64,000 bases of DNA, taken from Paraspadella gotoi. Its lineage: Eukaryota > Animalia > Chaetognatha. The stretch covers positions 1,162,550 to 1,226,549 of the forward strand of contig CM119263.1 of the NCBI GenBank assembly GCA_051294375.1, in the 5' to 3' direction. The stretch's first letter is position 1, and each line of letters starts with the position of its first letter. The position numbers and the translations under genes are program-made. This document shows, piece by piece, positions 26,701-38,439 of this stretch. The notes below the pieces were generated by a model. The model made no database searches and was not told the DNA's origin. It worked only from the letters and a program-made list of their open reading frames with translations.

Positions 26701-29700
26701 TAAAGGCGCTAGACTTTTGGGCTGGCCTGAACCCATTTCGGCGTCGACGAACAGTCACAACCTCGTCGTGGCGCTGAAGGTCTCTTCATACATATTCAAC
26801 TGTTCATTTGTTCAGGGTTTCGCGGAAGCGTTCATGTGCGACGTCTCGGATCCGGATGAGGTCATGAAGTTGGCGTCGGCGGTGAAGGCCAACGTGGGCG
26901 AGGTCGACATCCTCGTCAACAACGCCGGCGTCCTCTACGGGAAGGAGTTTCTCGAGTCCACCGTCGAAATGAACAGGTGGCGTTGGGAAAAACAATAGAG
27001 CAATGGGAGGAAGTGAGAAGGGGAAAGAGCAAATAGAAAAAAAAGAAATAGGGAGAAAAGAAGGCAAGGAAACGATAAAGATATTAGTCAAGGCGCAAGG
27101 AATTAAAAAATAATATTATTTATATTTTTTTTAATATTATGGCAACTGCCTGGTAGCCTGTGATGCCCATTGGGATGGGGCATCTCACTGTTGGCTTTTT
27201 TTTTTAGAAAGACGATGGCGGTGAACTTTGAAGCTCAAATGTGGATGGTGAAAGCTTTTCTTCCTTCGATGATGGAGAGAAATCACGGACACTTAGTCAC
27301 CATGTCGTCCGTGTCAGGTTCGTCGACATTTAACATTGCTTGCCTTGGATCGCTTTTAGGCAATCATCGATTGCCAATCAAGCAATGACATCCAGTGAAT
27401 AGTTTTAGCTGAAGCTTATCTGAGTTCTCAACAAATCTTTTTTATCGAAAGACGGACTGACCGACTGGTCTATCATCCTCTTCCTCACTCGCCTCATTCT
27501 CCTTCCCCCCCCCCCTCGTCTGCAGGCCTGGCGGGCATCCGCAAGTTGGTCGACTACTCCGCCTCCAAGTACGCCACCATCGGCTTCGCGGAGTCCCTCG
27601 CCGCCGAGATCGTGTGGGCGGGAAAAGACGGCGTCAAGTCCACGATCGTCTGCTCCTTCTTCGTCTCGACGGGGATGTTCGCCGGAGCCAAGACGGCCTT
27701 CCCTAAACTCATGCCCATCCACACACCCGATAGAGCAACTGACAAGATCTTGGAGGCCGTCTTGTCCAATCAGGTTTATCATGTGTTGTTCGTTGGGGTG
27801 TATGGGAGGTTTTTGTTTGTTATGTTTTTGTTTTGTTATGTTTTTTGTTTTGTTAGTGTTTTTTTGGGTGAGAGTAGGGAAGTAAGTGAATTAGGTAAGT
27901 GGAAGAAATTGATTGAAAAAGTGAAGAAAATGAGAGGAAAGAAGAATATAATTAATTATGAATAAAATCTTTAAAAATGAACTGACGGAAAAAAAACGTA
28001 AATTGATAAATAAATGATTAATTAATTAATTAACTCATTAATGAATTAATTTAATTAAAAAAATGATTAAATAAGTAAATAAATCAGTAAATCCTAAAAA
28101 GATGAATCAAGTATAATTATATGAATAAATCAATATGTCAATGAATACAAAAGATAAAACAATCAATCAGTCGATCAAAAATGAAATGCAATCGTCATTC
28201 TTTCTATTCCTATTTTCAGGAAGTGCTCTACATGCCGCGCGTCATTTACCCATTAGTCATGGCCAAGGCCATACTTCCGGTCCAATCGCTTAACTCCGTA
28301 ATGAATTGCTTTGGCTCCCACGAGCTCATGGACACGTTTTACGGGCGAGAGGGCGACAAGTCTAAAAATAACTCTGCGGCACCGAACGAAGACGAGAAGA
28401 AAAATGAATTAAAAAAAGAGAAATGAAAATCGAATAAATTCGTGAAAAAAAAACTGAAGGGAAAAAAGGGCGAAAGTAGGCTCTCTTTTCCGAGAGTGCC
28501 GCATTTCTGTTCGTTTATCCTAGAATTTAATTATAACCTAATTTTTAACCGAAATATATTTTTAAATTTATATACCAATATTTAACCCTAATCCTAATCA
28601 GTAATCCTAACCTAATCCTGAACCCTAATCCTGAACCCTTATCTTTAATTTCATTTAACCCTTAATCTTTAACCTTAAACCCTAAATACTAGTCCTTAAC
28701 CAAAATCCCTAACCCTAATCATAAANNNNNNNNNNNNNNNNNNNNNNNNNNNNNNNNNNNNNNNNNNNNNNNNNNNNNNNNNNNNNNNNNNNNNNNNNNN
28801 NNNNNNNNNNNNNNNNNNNNNNNNNNNNNNNNNNNNNNNNNNNNNNNNNNNNNNNNNNNNNNNNNNNNNNNNNNNNNNNNNNNACCTTAATCAATAACCT
28901 AATCCCTTATATAATCCCTAACCCTAATCTTTAACCTAATCTTTAATTAAAAAAAATTAAACTAATGTAGAGTCGCCTCACTAATTCCCAATTTAAGATA
29001 AAAATGGGGAGTTCTGGGAAAATATGGCCTACTAATTAGCCGATAATGTCATAATTTTCTAGTTAAATGTCAATATTTTCTTTAGTACTAATAGTAGGAC
29101 CGTTATTAAGCATATGAAAAATTTTAAATGGTAGTCGTTTCATATAGTAATATCTTAAACTTGTTCCAAAAAAAAAAGGGAAACTTAGTTCCATTCTTGT
29201 AATATTATTAACTTATTATAAATTTCAATATCACTAAGACACTAACAAATGTATAATTTTTATTGAAGGCAACAACGCAGTATAGATTTTTAGGCATGAC
29301 TTATTTTTTTATCCGACCGCAAAGTTCGGGAGACCTTCAAAAATCTCATTTGAATTTCTAGACGGCTAATTTAAAACGAAAATTTTGGTAATGAGGTAAT
29401 ACTTTAGTTCCGTCCTTATGTTTAAGTAAATCTGAAACAAAAAACTGCGATTTTGCCTAAAAATTTATTAACAGCAATTTAAATTTTAATGTAATTTCGT
29501 CATCGTCATTAATTTCTTTGTCAAAAAACAAATCCTGTGATTGATTAAAGGTTTTGGATCGGGAGCTCAGTTTCGATTTAGAAAAAAAAACGGTCGGGCN
29601 NNNNNNNNNNNNNNNNNNNNNNNNNNNNNNNNNNNNNNNNNNNNNNNNNNNNNNNNNNNNNNNNNNNNNNNNNNNNNNNNNNNNNNNNNNNNNNNNNNNN

Positions 29701-32700
29701 NNNNNNNNNNNNNNNNNNNNNNNNNNNNNNNNNNNNNNNNNNNNNNNNNNNNNNNNNNNNNNNNNNNNNNNNNNNNNNNNNNNNNNNNNNNNNNNNNNNN
29801 NNNNNNNNNNNNNACAACCATTATCAACATCTCTCTCGAGGTCTGTAGATAACAACTCTCCACCGAAGCTGTTGAGAAAAACAGATTCAATTCTCCTCCT
29901 CAAAATTCTTATTTGATTTCGTGATTCGCGGTATAAGGTTTTTTCAACTTCCCCTTTTCTTACGGACAAAAAGAAGACGAACGGAAAGATGGACTTCATC
30001 GGNNNNNNNNNNNNNNNNNNNNNNNNNNNNNNNNNNNNNNNNNNNNNNNNNNNNNNNNNNNNNNNNNNNNNNNNNNNNNNNNNNNNNNNNNNNNNNNNNN
30101 NNNNNNNNNNNNNNNNNNNNNNNNNNNNNNNNNNNNNNNNNNNNNNNNNNNNNNNNNNNNNNNNNNNNNNNNNNNNNNNNNNNNNNNNNNNNNNNNNNNN
30201 NNNNNNNNNNGTCATTCTGGTCACCGGTAAGAGCGTTAGTTGTGGAAGCTAATTGACAGTCATTCAGTTATATTTTTTTAACCATTTATTAAAAGTTTTT
30301 ATCCTTCAATGAAATCTTGATTCATTAGTGCGTTTTATTTTCTACCGTATAAATTTCTGATAACTCCGCAAATTTTTTTAGGTAATTTAATCATCAAAAC
30401 TGAATGAGAATTTGTGCCGATTAAAAACTTAAACTTAAATAAATTATAACTTAGTATCTGAAAATTTTTAAAAACCAAACGTTTTAAAATATGAATTTGA
30501 GCCATATCAGAAATAATTATGCAATAAACGTTTCCACAGGCGCCGGTAGCGGGCTCGGTCGCATGATGGCGCAAAAGTTGGCGTTACGTCACGGAGCGAC
30601 AGTCGTCTGCGTTGACGTCAACGCCTCCGCCAATCAGGAGACGGCGAACAACATCAAAGCAGACAGCGTGAGATAGACGCAGTCATAAACGAGTCGGGCG
30701 TCACTTAATAAATTACTTAAAATTAATTGATTTTTTTGAAATTTTTAATAATACAATAACTGTTTTGAACTAAGTTCGGAGAAGTGGCGTCTTTGAATTC
30801 TAACTGACTGGACTAATTCTGCGCATTCAAAACCAGATGGAATTGGGTATAAAATGGCGCAGAAGAGACGATGGCGCCGGTCCAGACGCCCTGGAGATGC
30901 TGACGACAAAGTCTCAGTAGACGACGTCGGCTAAGGCCGAAATGACGACTGTCCACTAAGCCCAGGACTTGACGAAAGGTCTGTAGTCTTTGCTGTAGAA
31001 GGAGTCTGTAGATAGAAGTCCTGGGCAAAGAATAACAAAAGCATTTATCACAAACTCAGCAAATATATATAAATTTAAAGTGTCTTTCTTACTTGTTTCT
31101 GAAGCCAATATTAACCAAAAAGAGATGCTTCTCTTCATAGAAAAGTCCACCAAACCAGCGCATCAACAAAAAATAAGATTCCGAGATTCTGATAAGAGTC
31201 TAAATAAGCTCTGAAAAGAACTAAAAACCCAGTGACAACGTTGAGATCTGAAGATGCCACGTGGCCAGAATTCGATAAGAAATCTTAATCGAAATCTATC
31301 GAAATCACGGGCACAATCAGAATCAGCTGTACACTGCCTTCGGAATTCTGTACTAAGGTATAAACAAAAGAAAGAGCCTAAAGATGTCGTGTCGATGCTA
31401 GAATGGAAGCATTTTCGATGCCAGTAATAAAGAGCAAGAGCAACGGGGAAAAAGGTAGAGAAGCTGATTTCCTCGTCATATTAGAGATAGTTATTTTCGT
31501 AACAATAACCAAACTTACATTTTTTGAATCTTCATTCTTATTTCGGCGATTCGATATACTCACAGCAGTTTATTAAATATTAATAAAATAATATCGGATA
31601 TAATAAATCGGAAATTTTTTTAAGTCTGTGGATAAGGCTCTAAGTGGGCTGAAAGATTACTATCGGTAACCTCTGTGCCCCCTCGGCAGCCATACAACAG
31701 GTCGGGCTTTGGAACCAGGCTTGTAGGTTTTCCACGCCCCCAATGCGGCTTACGGCCGTCCTCACGCTTCCCGCAGGGGAAGTACCGATTTGGGATCGAA
31801 CCCGGTACCTAGTGGGTACCAGTGATACTAGATGTCGGGATATTAGACGGGGTGAACTTATTCAATGCCGACTTCAAGCCGAGTGAGCTCTCTCGAACCA
31901 CCTGCATCCCATCTCTACTTCTGCTCCCCCCCCCACGACAATCCTTTTCCGATCTAACCAGGGATCAGCGGTGGCGTTCACTTGCGATCTCACTGACCCA
32001 AAGGAAGTGGAGGCGCTGGCGTCGGCGGTGAAGGCCAACGTGGGCGACGTCGACATCCTCGTCAACAACGCCGGAGTCGTCACGGGGAAGGAGTTCCTCG
32101 AATCCTCCAACAAGATGAACAGGTGTTGGACATAAACAGGTGTTGGACATAAACAAGATGAACAGGTGTTGGACATAAACATGTTGGACATAAACATGTT
32201 GGACATAAACATGTTGGACATAAACATGTTGGACATGAACATGTTGGACATAAACTCTCGTCGTAATCACGGGAAAAACAGAAAAAGAAAAGGAGAAAGA
32301 AGTTGCTCATTCAGGCCGATAAAATTTTAAAAATCAGTATGAAGTTGGAATGACCAATTAAAAATGTATTCATCAAAAAGCTAACTTTTCAATCCCCTTT
32401 ATTTTGAAATGATTGTATAGCCAACCCCCTTAAGCTTTCTATCAATTTTATTCCCCTTATATCGGACCTTATCAATGAATAATATAATTATATATCTTAA
32501 CCTTTCGAATTTTACTGATTAATTCCCTTTCTTCCAAAACGAGGCTGACGATGGCCGTGAACACCGAGTCTCACTTTTGGACGACGAAGGCTTTTCTTCC
32601 TCCCATGATCGAAAAGAATCACGGTCACATCGTCACCATCGCTTCTGGAGCCGGTGAGCAGTTTTTCATCGCGGCGAGAGCACTCGCTAAACAACTCTCT

Positions 32701-33252
32701 GAGTTAGTTTTCGTTGGTCCGTCATGTCATTTCATGTCCTTCCGTCTGTCTATCAGTAAGTCAACCTGATAACCTGGAAATGCCATACGATAACTCGAAA
32801 GTGAGTCTTGCCAAAACAAAATTATCCAGACTCTTTCTGAGAAAATAAGAACTAATATGCAAATTAGGTTTAAAACGAGGCTAGCATAAAAAAGAGCAAT
32901 CCAATAGTTAATACGGCGCAAGAGCTTGGAATTACTTTTCTTGACTAAAAGTAAGGTTAAAGAGACTCATCCCCCCCGCCCCCCTAGGCCTAATGGGCGT
33001 CCACAAATTGGCGGATTATTGCGCCTCCAAATTCGGAGCCGTGGGGTTCGCCGAGTCCCTCATGTCCGAACTCTACACGATGGGCAAAGATGGAGTCAAG
33101 TCCACACTCGTCTGTCCTTACTTCATCTCGACGGGGATGTTCGACGGCGTCTCCACCAGATTCCCTTGCATCCTTCCCATTTTGACGCCTGACTACGTCA
33201 CCGACAGAATCATAGACGCCGTTTTGACCAATCAGGTAGAGTATTAAGGGGT

Positions 33253-33295
<43 letters not shown>

Positions 33296-34144
33296 AATTT
33301 GATCTCTGACCGAATAAATACTGCCCATCCAGGAGATTCTGCTTATGCCCCGCATCCTTTACGTGCTCGTCTTCTTCAAGTCTATCCTTCCGGTCAAAGC
33401 GGGTCACGTCGTCATGAAATTTCTCGGCGCCGGAGAAATGATGGCGCATTTCGTCGGCCGACCGAAAAACGATTGACAAAAGAGCATCGAGGAGAAATCG
33501 AAATAAGAAAAAAAGGGAAAAACTTGAGAGAAAAACTGTTGGTGTCTTTTTCGTCAGGGATTTAAAAAAAATCAAAATAAATTTGTTTTTTTGCGCACGA
33601 ATGAAAACAAAAATCGCGAAAGCATTACGATGACAAAATAAAACGTTATTTTCACTAATTTTCAATTAATTGGGTATTCAAAAGAAATTACTAATACTAA
33701 TACTTATACTAATACTCACTTGGCGACCTTCTGAAGAAGTGCGTAGGTTGAGCAACTCTTGAAGAGACCAATGACGCGACGTTTCAACCCGTGCTGCCAA
33801 ATGAAGTCAAAACCAATTAAAGATTTAAACATTTAACAACAACAACAACGTTAAGTTAAAATCGCTATCCATAAGCTTGATCAAAGCTCTCCTCACTTGC
33901 AAGCAGAGATCGACGGAAGCACAGAGCGTCGTGAGCGAAGCCGAATCTTCGTGAATGAATTTTTTCGTCACTGATTCCTCCATGATGTGTTTCACCTGAC
34001 AATTTTAGAGGCGATCGTCAAAAATATATGCATTAATTATCGATCGCAATATGTGAGACCGAAGATGACAGTTTTTCTTTGGTCATTAATTTTTTCTACT
34101 CACGTTCTCTCTCTCTCTCTTCTCCTCTCTTCATCTCTCTCTCT

Positions 34145-34201
<57 letters not shown>

Positions 34202-36355
34202 GTCTCTCTCTCCCCTCTCTCTCTCTCTCTCTCTCTCCCTCTCTCTCTCTCGCTCTCTTCTCATCCTCTCTCTCTCTCTCTCTCTCTCTTCTCCAGTCTC
34301 TACTCTCTCTCTTCTTCTTCTCCCTTCCCATCTCTCACTCCTTCTTGACGCTCCGACAGCAATTCTCTGCTTTCTCCTACTGCGGGCGGCGTCGAGCGGT
34401 TTTTCCTGCAGCACCGACGCCGTCAACGACGACAACGACGACGACAACGACGACGACTTCTGTTTGGTCGATGGAGCGGCAGAGGGAGTGGTAGGGGTGG
34501 TGTGAGAAGCAGCCGAGTCGGCGAGTGTAGCGGGAATGGCAGAGTGAGCGGCGCCGGGGGAGTGGATGGCGTCTTCGTCGATAGAAGCGGCGCCAGAATC
34601 GACGCCGGAAGATGGCGTTGTCGTTGTCGTCGTCGCCATCGTCGTCGCCGTTTCTATGGCGACCACTTCGTCGGCGTCATCGGCTTCTGAAGAGTTTACG
34701 GGTTTCATTGTATGTTTACATTTTCCATTTAGACAACAGTTTGATAAAAGTTTATTTTAAAAAAGGACTAGTTATTTTATTTTATTTAGACTTCAATGTA
34801 CCCATGTTTATAAATCTATAGTTAGTCAAATTTTTTAAAATGGTCGCTTGAAAAAAAAAGGGTTTTTTTTTATTTATATAACGTTAAAAACATCAAAAAA
34901 CACTAAAAACATTTAAAACATTTAAACGTAAAAAACAAAATAATAAAAAGGAAAAAAATAAGATGACATAAAATTTAATAACAGTTACCCAGCAAAACAT
35001 CTATAAATCTACCAATAGATAGTCAATAAAAACGATAAAATTAACAAACAAAACAAAAATAAAACGAAAAAGTACAAAAACAAAACAACAATAAAAACGA
35101 AACAATAAATAAAAAAAAACAGTAAATCTCTCACCGCCGACTTTTTTCGAGAAGGGAGAAATGGCCGATAGAATTTTCATGGGCGTCAAAGGAAACGTCA
35201 AATTGGTCGAGATGGCGTCCTTGGCGGTGGCGGAGCTGCCAGTGGGGCTACTAGCGGCGTTCCCGTTGGCGGCGACCTTGTCGCCCTCTGTCGTATCATC
35301 AGAGCCCGGAAATTCGCTGGACGAAAATACGGTGAATGAAATCTCTCTCTCTCTCCTCTCAGTCCTTCGTCCCTTCTCCCGATCTCCGTCTTGGCCCTCT
35401 CTGTCTCTCCTCATCGTCTCTCTATCATTCTCTCTCCTCTCTCTCTCTCTCTTCTCTCTCTCTCTCAATTCCCCCTTTACAGCTCTTTTGGGACTAACTT
35501 CACAAAAACGGTTAACGATAGAAGAAAAAAGGAATTATAATTGGAAGCCAGGCTAATTTCTCTTTCAATCGATATAAAATAGTCTGAAAAAAATGTCGCG
35601 GCAACTCCTTTTTGCATAGCATGTCATATTTTTTCGCGCAGGTTCCTTACAAAATTTTGAGAAATTTGGACGAAAATCAAAATGATGGATGGTGATTTCT
35701 GACTTTTGAACATGCAGTTTTTTTCACTGCAATCCCCTTTATTAATGAAAATGTAGGATAGTGAAGCAAAATGTCCCACGCATCCCCTCCAGAACTGTTT
35801 ACTTTCTGACAGCAGCTGTTTATATTAAACTTATTGGTACTTAAAATATAATAAGAGTCTTAATAAGAGGGAAATATTCCCTCCTTTCGCAATAATGGTA
35901 GGAATGACGGCATTCCCCTCGGGCGTGGTCACAAAAGCCTATGCCGTCATCTCTGAACACTTGGAGAAGATCATGGTTGCCTAAGATGATTTTTTTTAAT
36001 AGATTGTGTTGTCATTACAACATGTTTTCCATATTTACATATTTACCCATCCAAAGGAATTGTTTTCATTTAGTCCCAAGAGATCTAGACCTCCCTGTAC
36101 AAATTCGATTCACTCTCGTTTCACTCTTTGACCTTCCCTCCAAAATCACCCCACAGTTTTCTCTCTCAGCCGCAGATGGCGCTCGAGTGAATCGAGCGAT
36201 AAACGGAGAATCGAGAGGCGAAGAGAGTTTACAGAGTTATCTCTCCTCTACAGACTGAAGACTCCTCTCTCCCGGCCATTTTAGAGTTTATACCTTTTAT
36301 CGGGATCTATTTATTCGATTTTCCTTTTATTACTACATTATTCTCTTTCTTTTTC

Positions 36356-36386
<31 letters not shown>

Positions 36387-36600
36387 CTTCCTCTCCTCCT
36401 TCTCCGCTCATCCTCTCTCTCTCGCTGCTCTGCTCTTCTCTCTCTCTCTCTCTCCTCTCTCCCTTCCCTTTCTCCTCCTCTCCCTCTCTCACTAACCTTT
36501 CTCCTTTGCCATTCGCCACCTTCCCTCCTTCGCCCTCCGCGCTGCTTTGACTTCCTTGGCTGCTCAGAGAATCTGTTATCTTCTTGAAGATGGACGCCAT
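20718..36600 (-). CDS. SGSM1/2: Small G protein signaling modulator 1/2-like (RUTBC; RUN domain), 5' part; TBC-domain exons not found in window
   Basis: Phase-consistent GT..AG exons (minus strand): 36600-36497 ([12 protein letters not shown]..), 35316-35135, 34686-34339 (indel near the end, expected ..LLxSVKKE), 33995-33897 ([33 protein letters not shown]), 33793-33720 ([25 protein letters not shown]), 21868-21789, 21379-21239 ([18 protein letters not shown]), 21113-20945 ([43 protein letters not shown]), 20873-20718. These match the recalled SGSM2 motifs VKQIMEEAVTRKFVHEDS and [34 protein letters not shown]. Confidence 0.9.
22321..25685 (+). CDS. SDR16C-family short-chain dehydrogenase/reductase (retinol dehydrogenase-like), paralog 1; contains indels (sequencing error or pseudogenisation)
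   Basis: Exons 22321-22450, 22757-22884, 23392-23552, 24041-24150, 24724-24971, 25544-25685. N-terminal hydrophobic anchor, [48 protein letters not shown]. Internal exon sizes 128/161/110/248 equal those of the paralogs. Frameshifting indels in exons 4 and 6. Confidence 0.85.
23119..23300 (+). mobile_element. tRNA-derived SINE-like element (tRNA-Gly(CCC)-like head 23119-23190)
   Basis: GCGCCCA..TGGTGCAGGAGG (A-box-like)..CTCCCAA..CCGGGTTCTAGCCCGG (B-box/T-arm)..TGGTCGC. The anticodon stem is broken, so this is not a functional tRNA. Lies in an SDR intron. Confidence 0.55.
26120..28426 (+). CDS. SDR16C-family short-chain dehydrogenase/reductase, paralog 2
   Basis: Exons ~26120-26254 (ATG one base out of frame, probable lost G), 26338-26465, 26816-26976, 27208-27317, 27526-27773, 28220-28426. 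Motifs [39 protein letters not shown]. Confidence 0.88.
26652..26665 (+). promoter_or_regulatory. CTCF-like motif
   Basis: TCGCCAGGGGGCGC closely matches the CTCF core consensus; lies in intron 2 of SDR paralog 2. Confidence 0.35.
28479..28945. repeat. Repeat element with terminal motif GGCTCTCTTTTCCGAGAGTGCC and an internal degenerate TAACCC/AACCCTAATC array
   Basis: The reverse complement (G)GCACTCTCGGAAAAGAGAGC recurs at ~61430 and ~62566-62585. The latter is preceded by GGTTAGAGTTAGGG and ..GAACAGAAA, matching the inverted 28500-28600. Confidence 0.6.
29989..33476 (+). CDS. SDR16C-family short-chain dehydrogenase/reductase, paralog 3 (exon 1 mostly inside an N-gap)
   Basis: Exons ~29989-30226 (MDFI..gap..VILVTG), 30540-30667, 31962-32122, 32544-32653, 32988-33235, 33333-33476 (..HFVGRPKND*). 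Motifs [38 protein letters not shown]. Start codon uncertain because of the gap. Confidence 0.88.
31634..31860 (-). mobile_element. SINE-like interspersed repeat, family B
   Basis: On the minus strand: GTACCGGGTTCGATCCC (B-box), GCCTGGTTCCAA, TCTTTCAGCCCACTTAGAGCCTTA, shared in order with 63690-63910. Confidence 0.55.
32110..32255 (+). repeat. 15-bp minisatellite (AAACATGTTGGACAT) seeded at an exon/intron junction
   Basis: Roughly 8-9 units immediately after the paralog-3 exon 3 donor. Confidence 0.9.
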
Positions 36601-36835
36601 TTCATTTTTTTTCTAATGTATTTTTATCGTTATTTGTAGGGGCTGCTTGTCTATCAACGTTGAGTATTGATTTAGTTTAAGAATTTAATACTTCTGGTAT
36701 GATTGTAGTTTATTCCATCTGAATAGAGATACGAATACATATAAACTATTATAATTGCTAAAATTGCTATTTTAAACTATAATCATTACTGTTAACTAGA
36801 ATATACACTACTATACACTACTATACACTACTATA

Positions 36836-37715
36836 CAGTGTGTCCCAATGGTACTGTCGGTTAACTTTTAGATATTGTGCGGAACTGTGTGATTAAATCT
36901 TATTTCTTCATTAATCATTATACTATAATTCGAATTTAATTTTTATCTTTAAATTTTTAATTTTTCTCACTTTTTTTATTTTTAAATATTTTTTTTATTT
37001 TAAAATAAATTTTATTAAAAAAAATGAGTCGAAACATGTCCTATAAACTATGATTAAAATTCGTTAAAACACAAAAACTGTTATTCCTAAAAATCTCTAA
37101 ATTAACGAAAAGAAAGAAAATCATTACAATGTAAAAATATTAAAAATAATTTAAATTTTAATTTGTATAAATAAGTACATTAATAAATAGAAATAAAGAA
37201 ATATTACAAAAAATACAAAAATTGACAAAGATATGCTAATTATTTTGATATTAAAATTTTATTATTTGAAGTTATGAGCGTTTGAATCATTAAGCCACAA
37301 CAAAATGGTAGCTATTTATTCAATAAATTATTATTTAATTAATTTAAAAAGTAAAATGAACAAGGTAAGTAAATAATTTTAAAAATAATGATTACTGCAT
37401 TATAATAGGTCTGGAGCCAAAAATATGAGGTAGTTTCATACGGTCCTGCATCTAAAAAAATATTTAAAACATTATTTAATCAATATTTTAAAAAATATAT
37501 AATAAATATTGAAAATTATAGAATTTTTTAAAAAAATTTTACCAATTGTTTTAAATAATAACTACAGGAGTTGGCTTTGTTAAATTTTTAAAATTTAGGT
37601 ATCCTATAGAATAGTCCATACTTGTGCGCATATTCATTAAAATGAATTAAAGCTTTTCGATCTGGTATAGGAGCAGTAAGCTTTTCTTAACAGACAGTAC
37701 CATTGGGACACACTG
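36836..37715. mobile_element. Tc1/mariner-type MITE (non-autonomous, 880 bp)
   Basis: TIR CAGTGTGTCCCAATGGTACTGTC at 36836-36858 and its exact reverse complement at 37693-37715 (extends to 29 bp with 1 mismatch). TA on both flanks; AT-rich non-coding interior. Confidence 0.85.
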
Positions 37716-37819
37716 TATGTAGACTATATGGTACAGAATCTTAGAGAGAATAAATTATAAAAAAAAAATTTCAGAATTAAGACATAATAGAAAAAAAGAA
37801 AGAAAGAAAAAGAAAAGAA

Positions 37820-37879
<60 letters not shown>

Positions 37880-38273
37880 AAAAAGAAAGAAAGAAAGAAA
37901 GAAAGAAAAAGAAATAAAAACAGTAAGGAAAAAAAACAGAAGAGCATTCAACAGGTGGATATGAAAGGCACCAAAATTCATTAGCACTAAAATACCATAT
38001 GTTCGAAACTGGAAAGACAATAGAAGCCGAGAGAAAAAAAAATAGCGCAGAAGATTTTCGGGTAGAGCGCGCTCGATCGAACGGGCAACGTTCTCTCGTC
38101 CGTCGTCACGGCGCAAAGTCGCAAGTGTCAACCGTCACCGCGTATCCTTTTTTTTTTTTTTTTTTTGGCCGAATGACGTCTCCGGGCGCGAGTAATCCGT
38201 TTGCGGGGATCCTTTGGCAAATCCCGGGAGCGGTGTTCTTTCGACACGTGATACCATATTGAGAAGGGATCAA

Positions 38274-38341
<68 letters not shown>

Positions 38342-38439
38342 CACATCTTTCTCGTTCGAGTCAACGTCGCTCTCCCCTTATCAAAACATTCAATATGCGA
38401 ACGTGTCGCGCCTCCTCACTGGAGCTTCGGTATCGGATT

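Noticed and set aside
26520-26790. Intronic RNase P RNA candidate (TCTGAG ... AACCCATTTCGG)
   Set aside because: P4 pairing and the conserved regions match too weakly.
28583-28945. True telomere or chromosome fusion site
   Set aside because: Units are degenerate, single-orientation and embedded in a dispersed repeat within a gene intron.
30880-31280. Hammerhead-like fragments (CTGACGA..CGAAA; CTGAAGATGCC) among several hairpins
   Set aside because: I could not build stems I and III with a correctly placed cleavage triplet; an Infernal search would be needed.
32110-32255. CRISPR-like or metallothionein-like (CPTCL)n repeat
   Set aside because: Head-to-tail 15-bp units without spacers in a eukaryotic intron; no cas genes.
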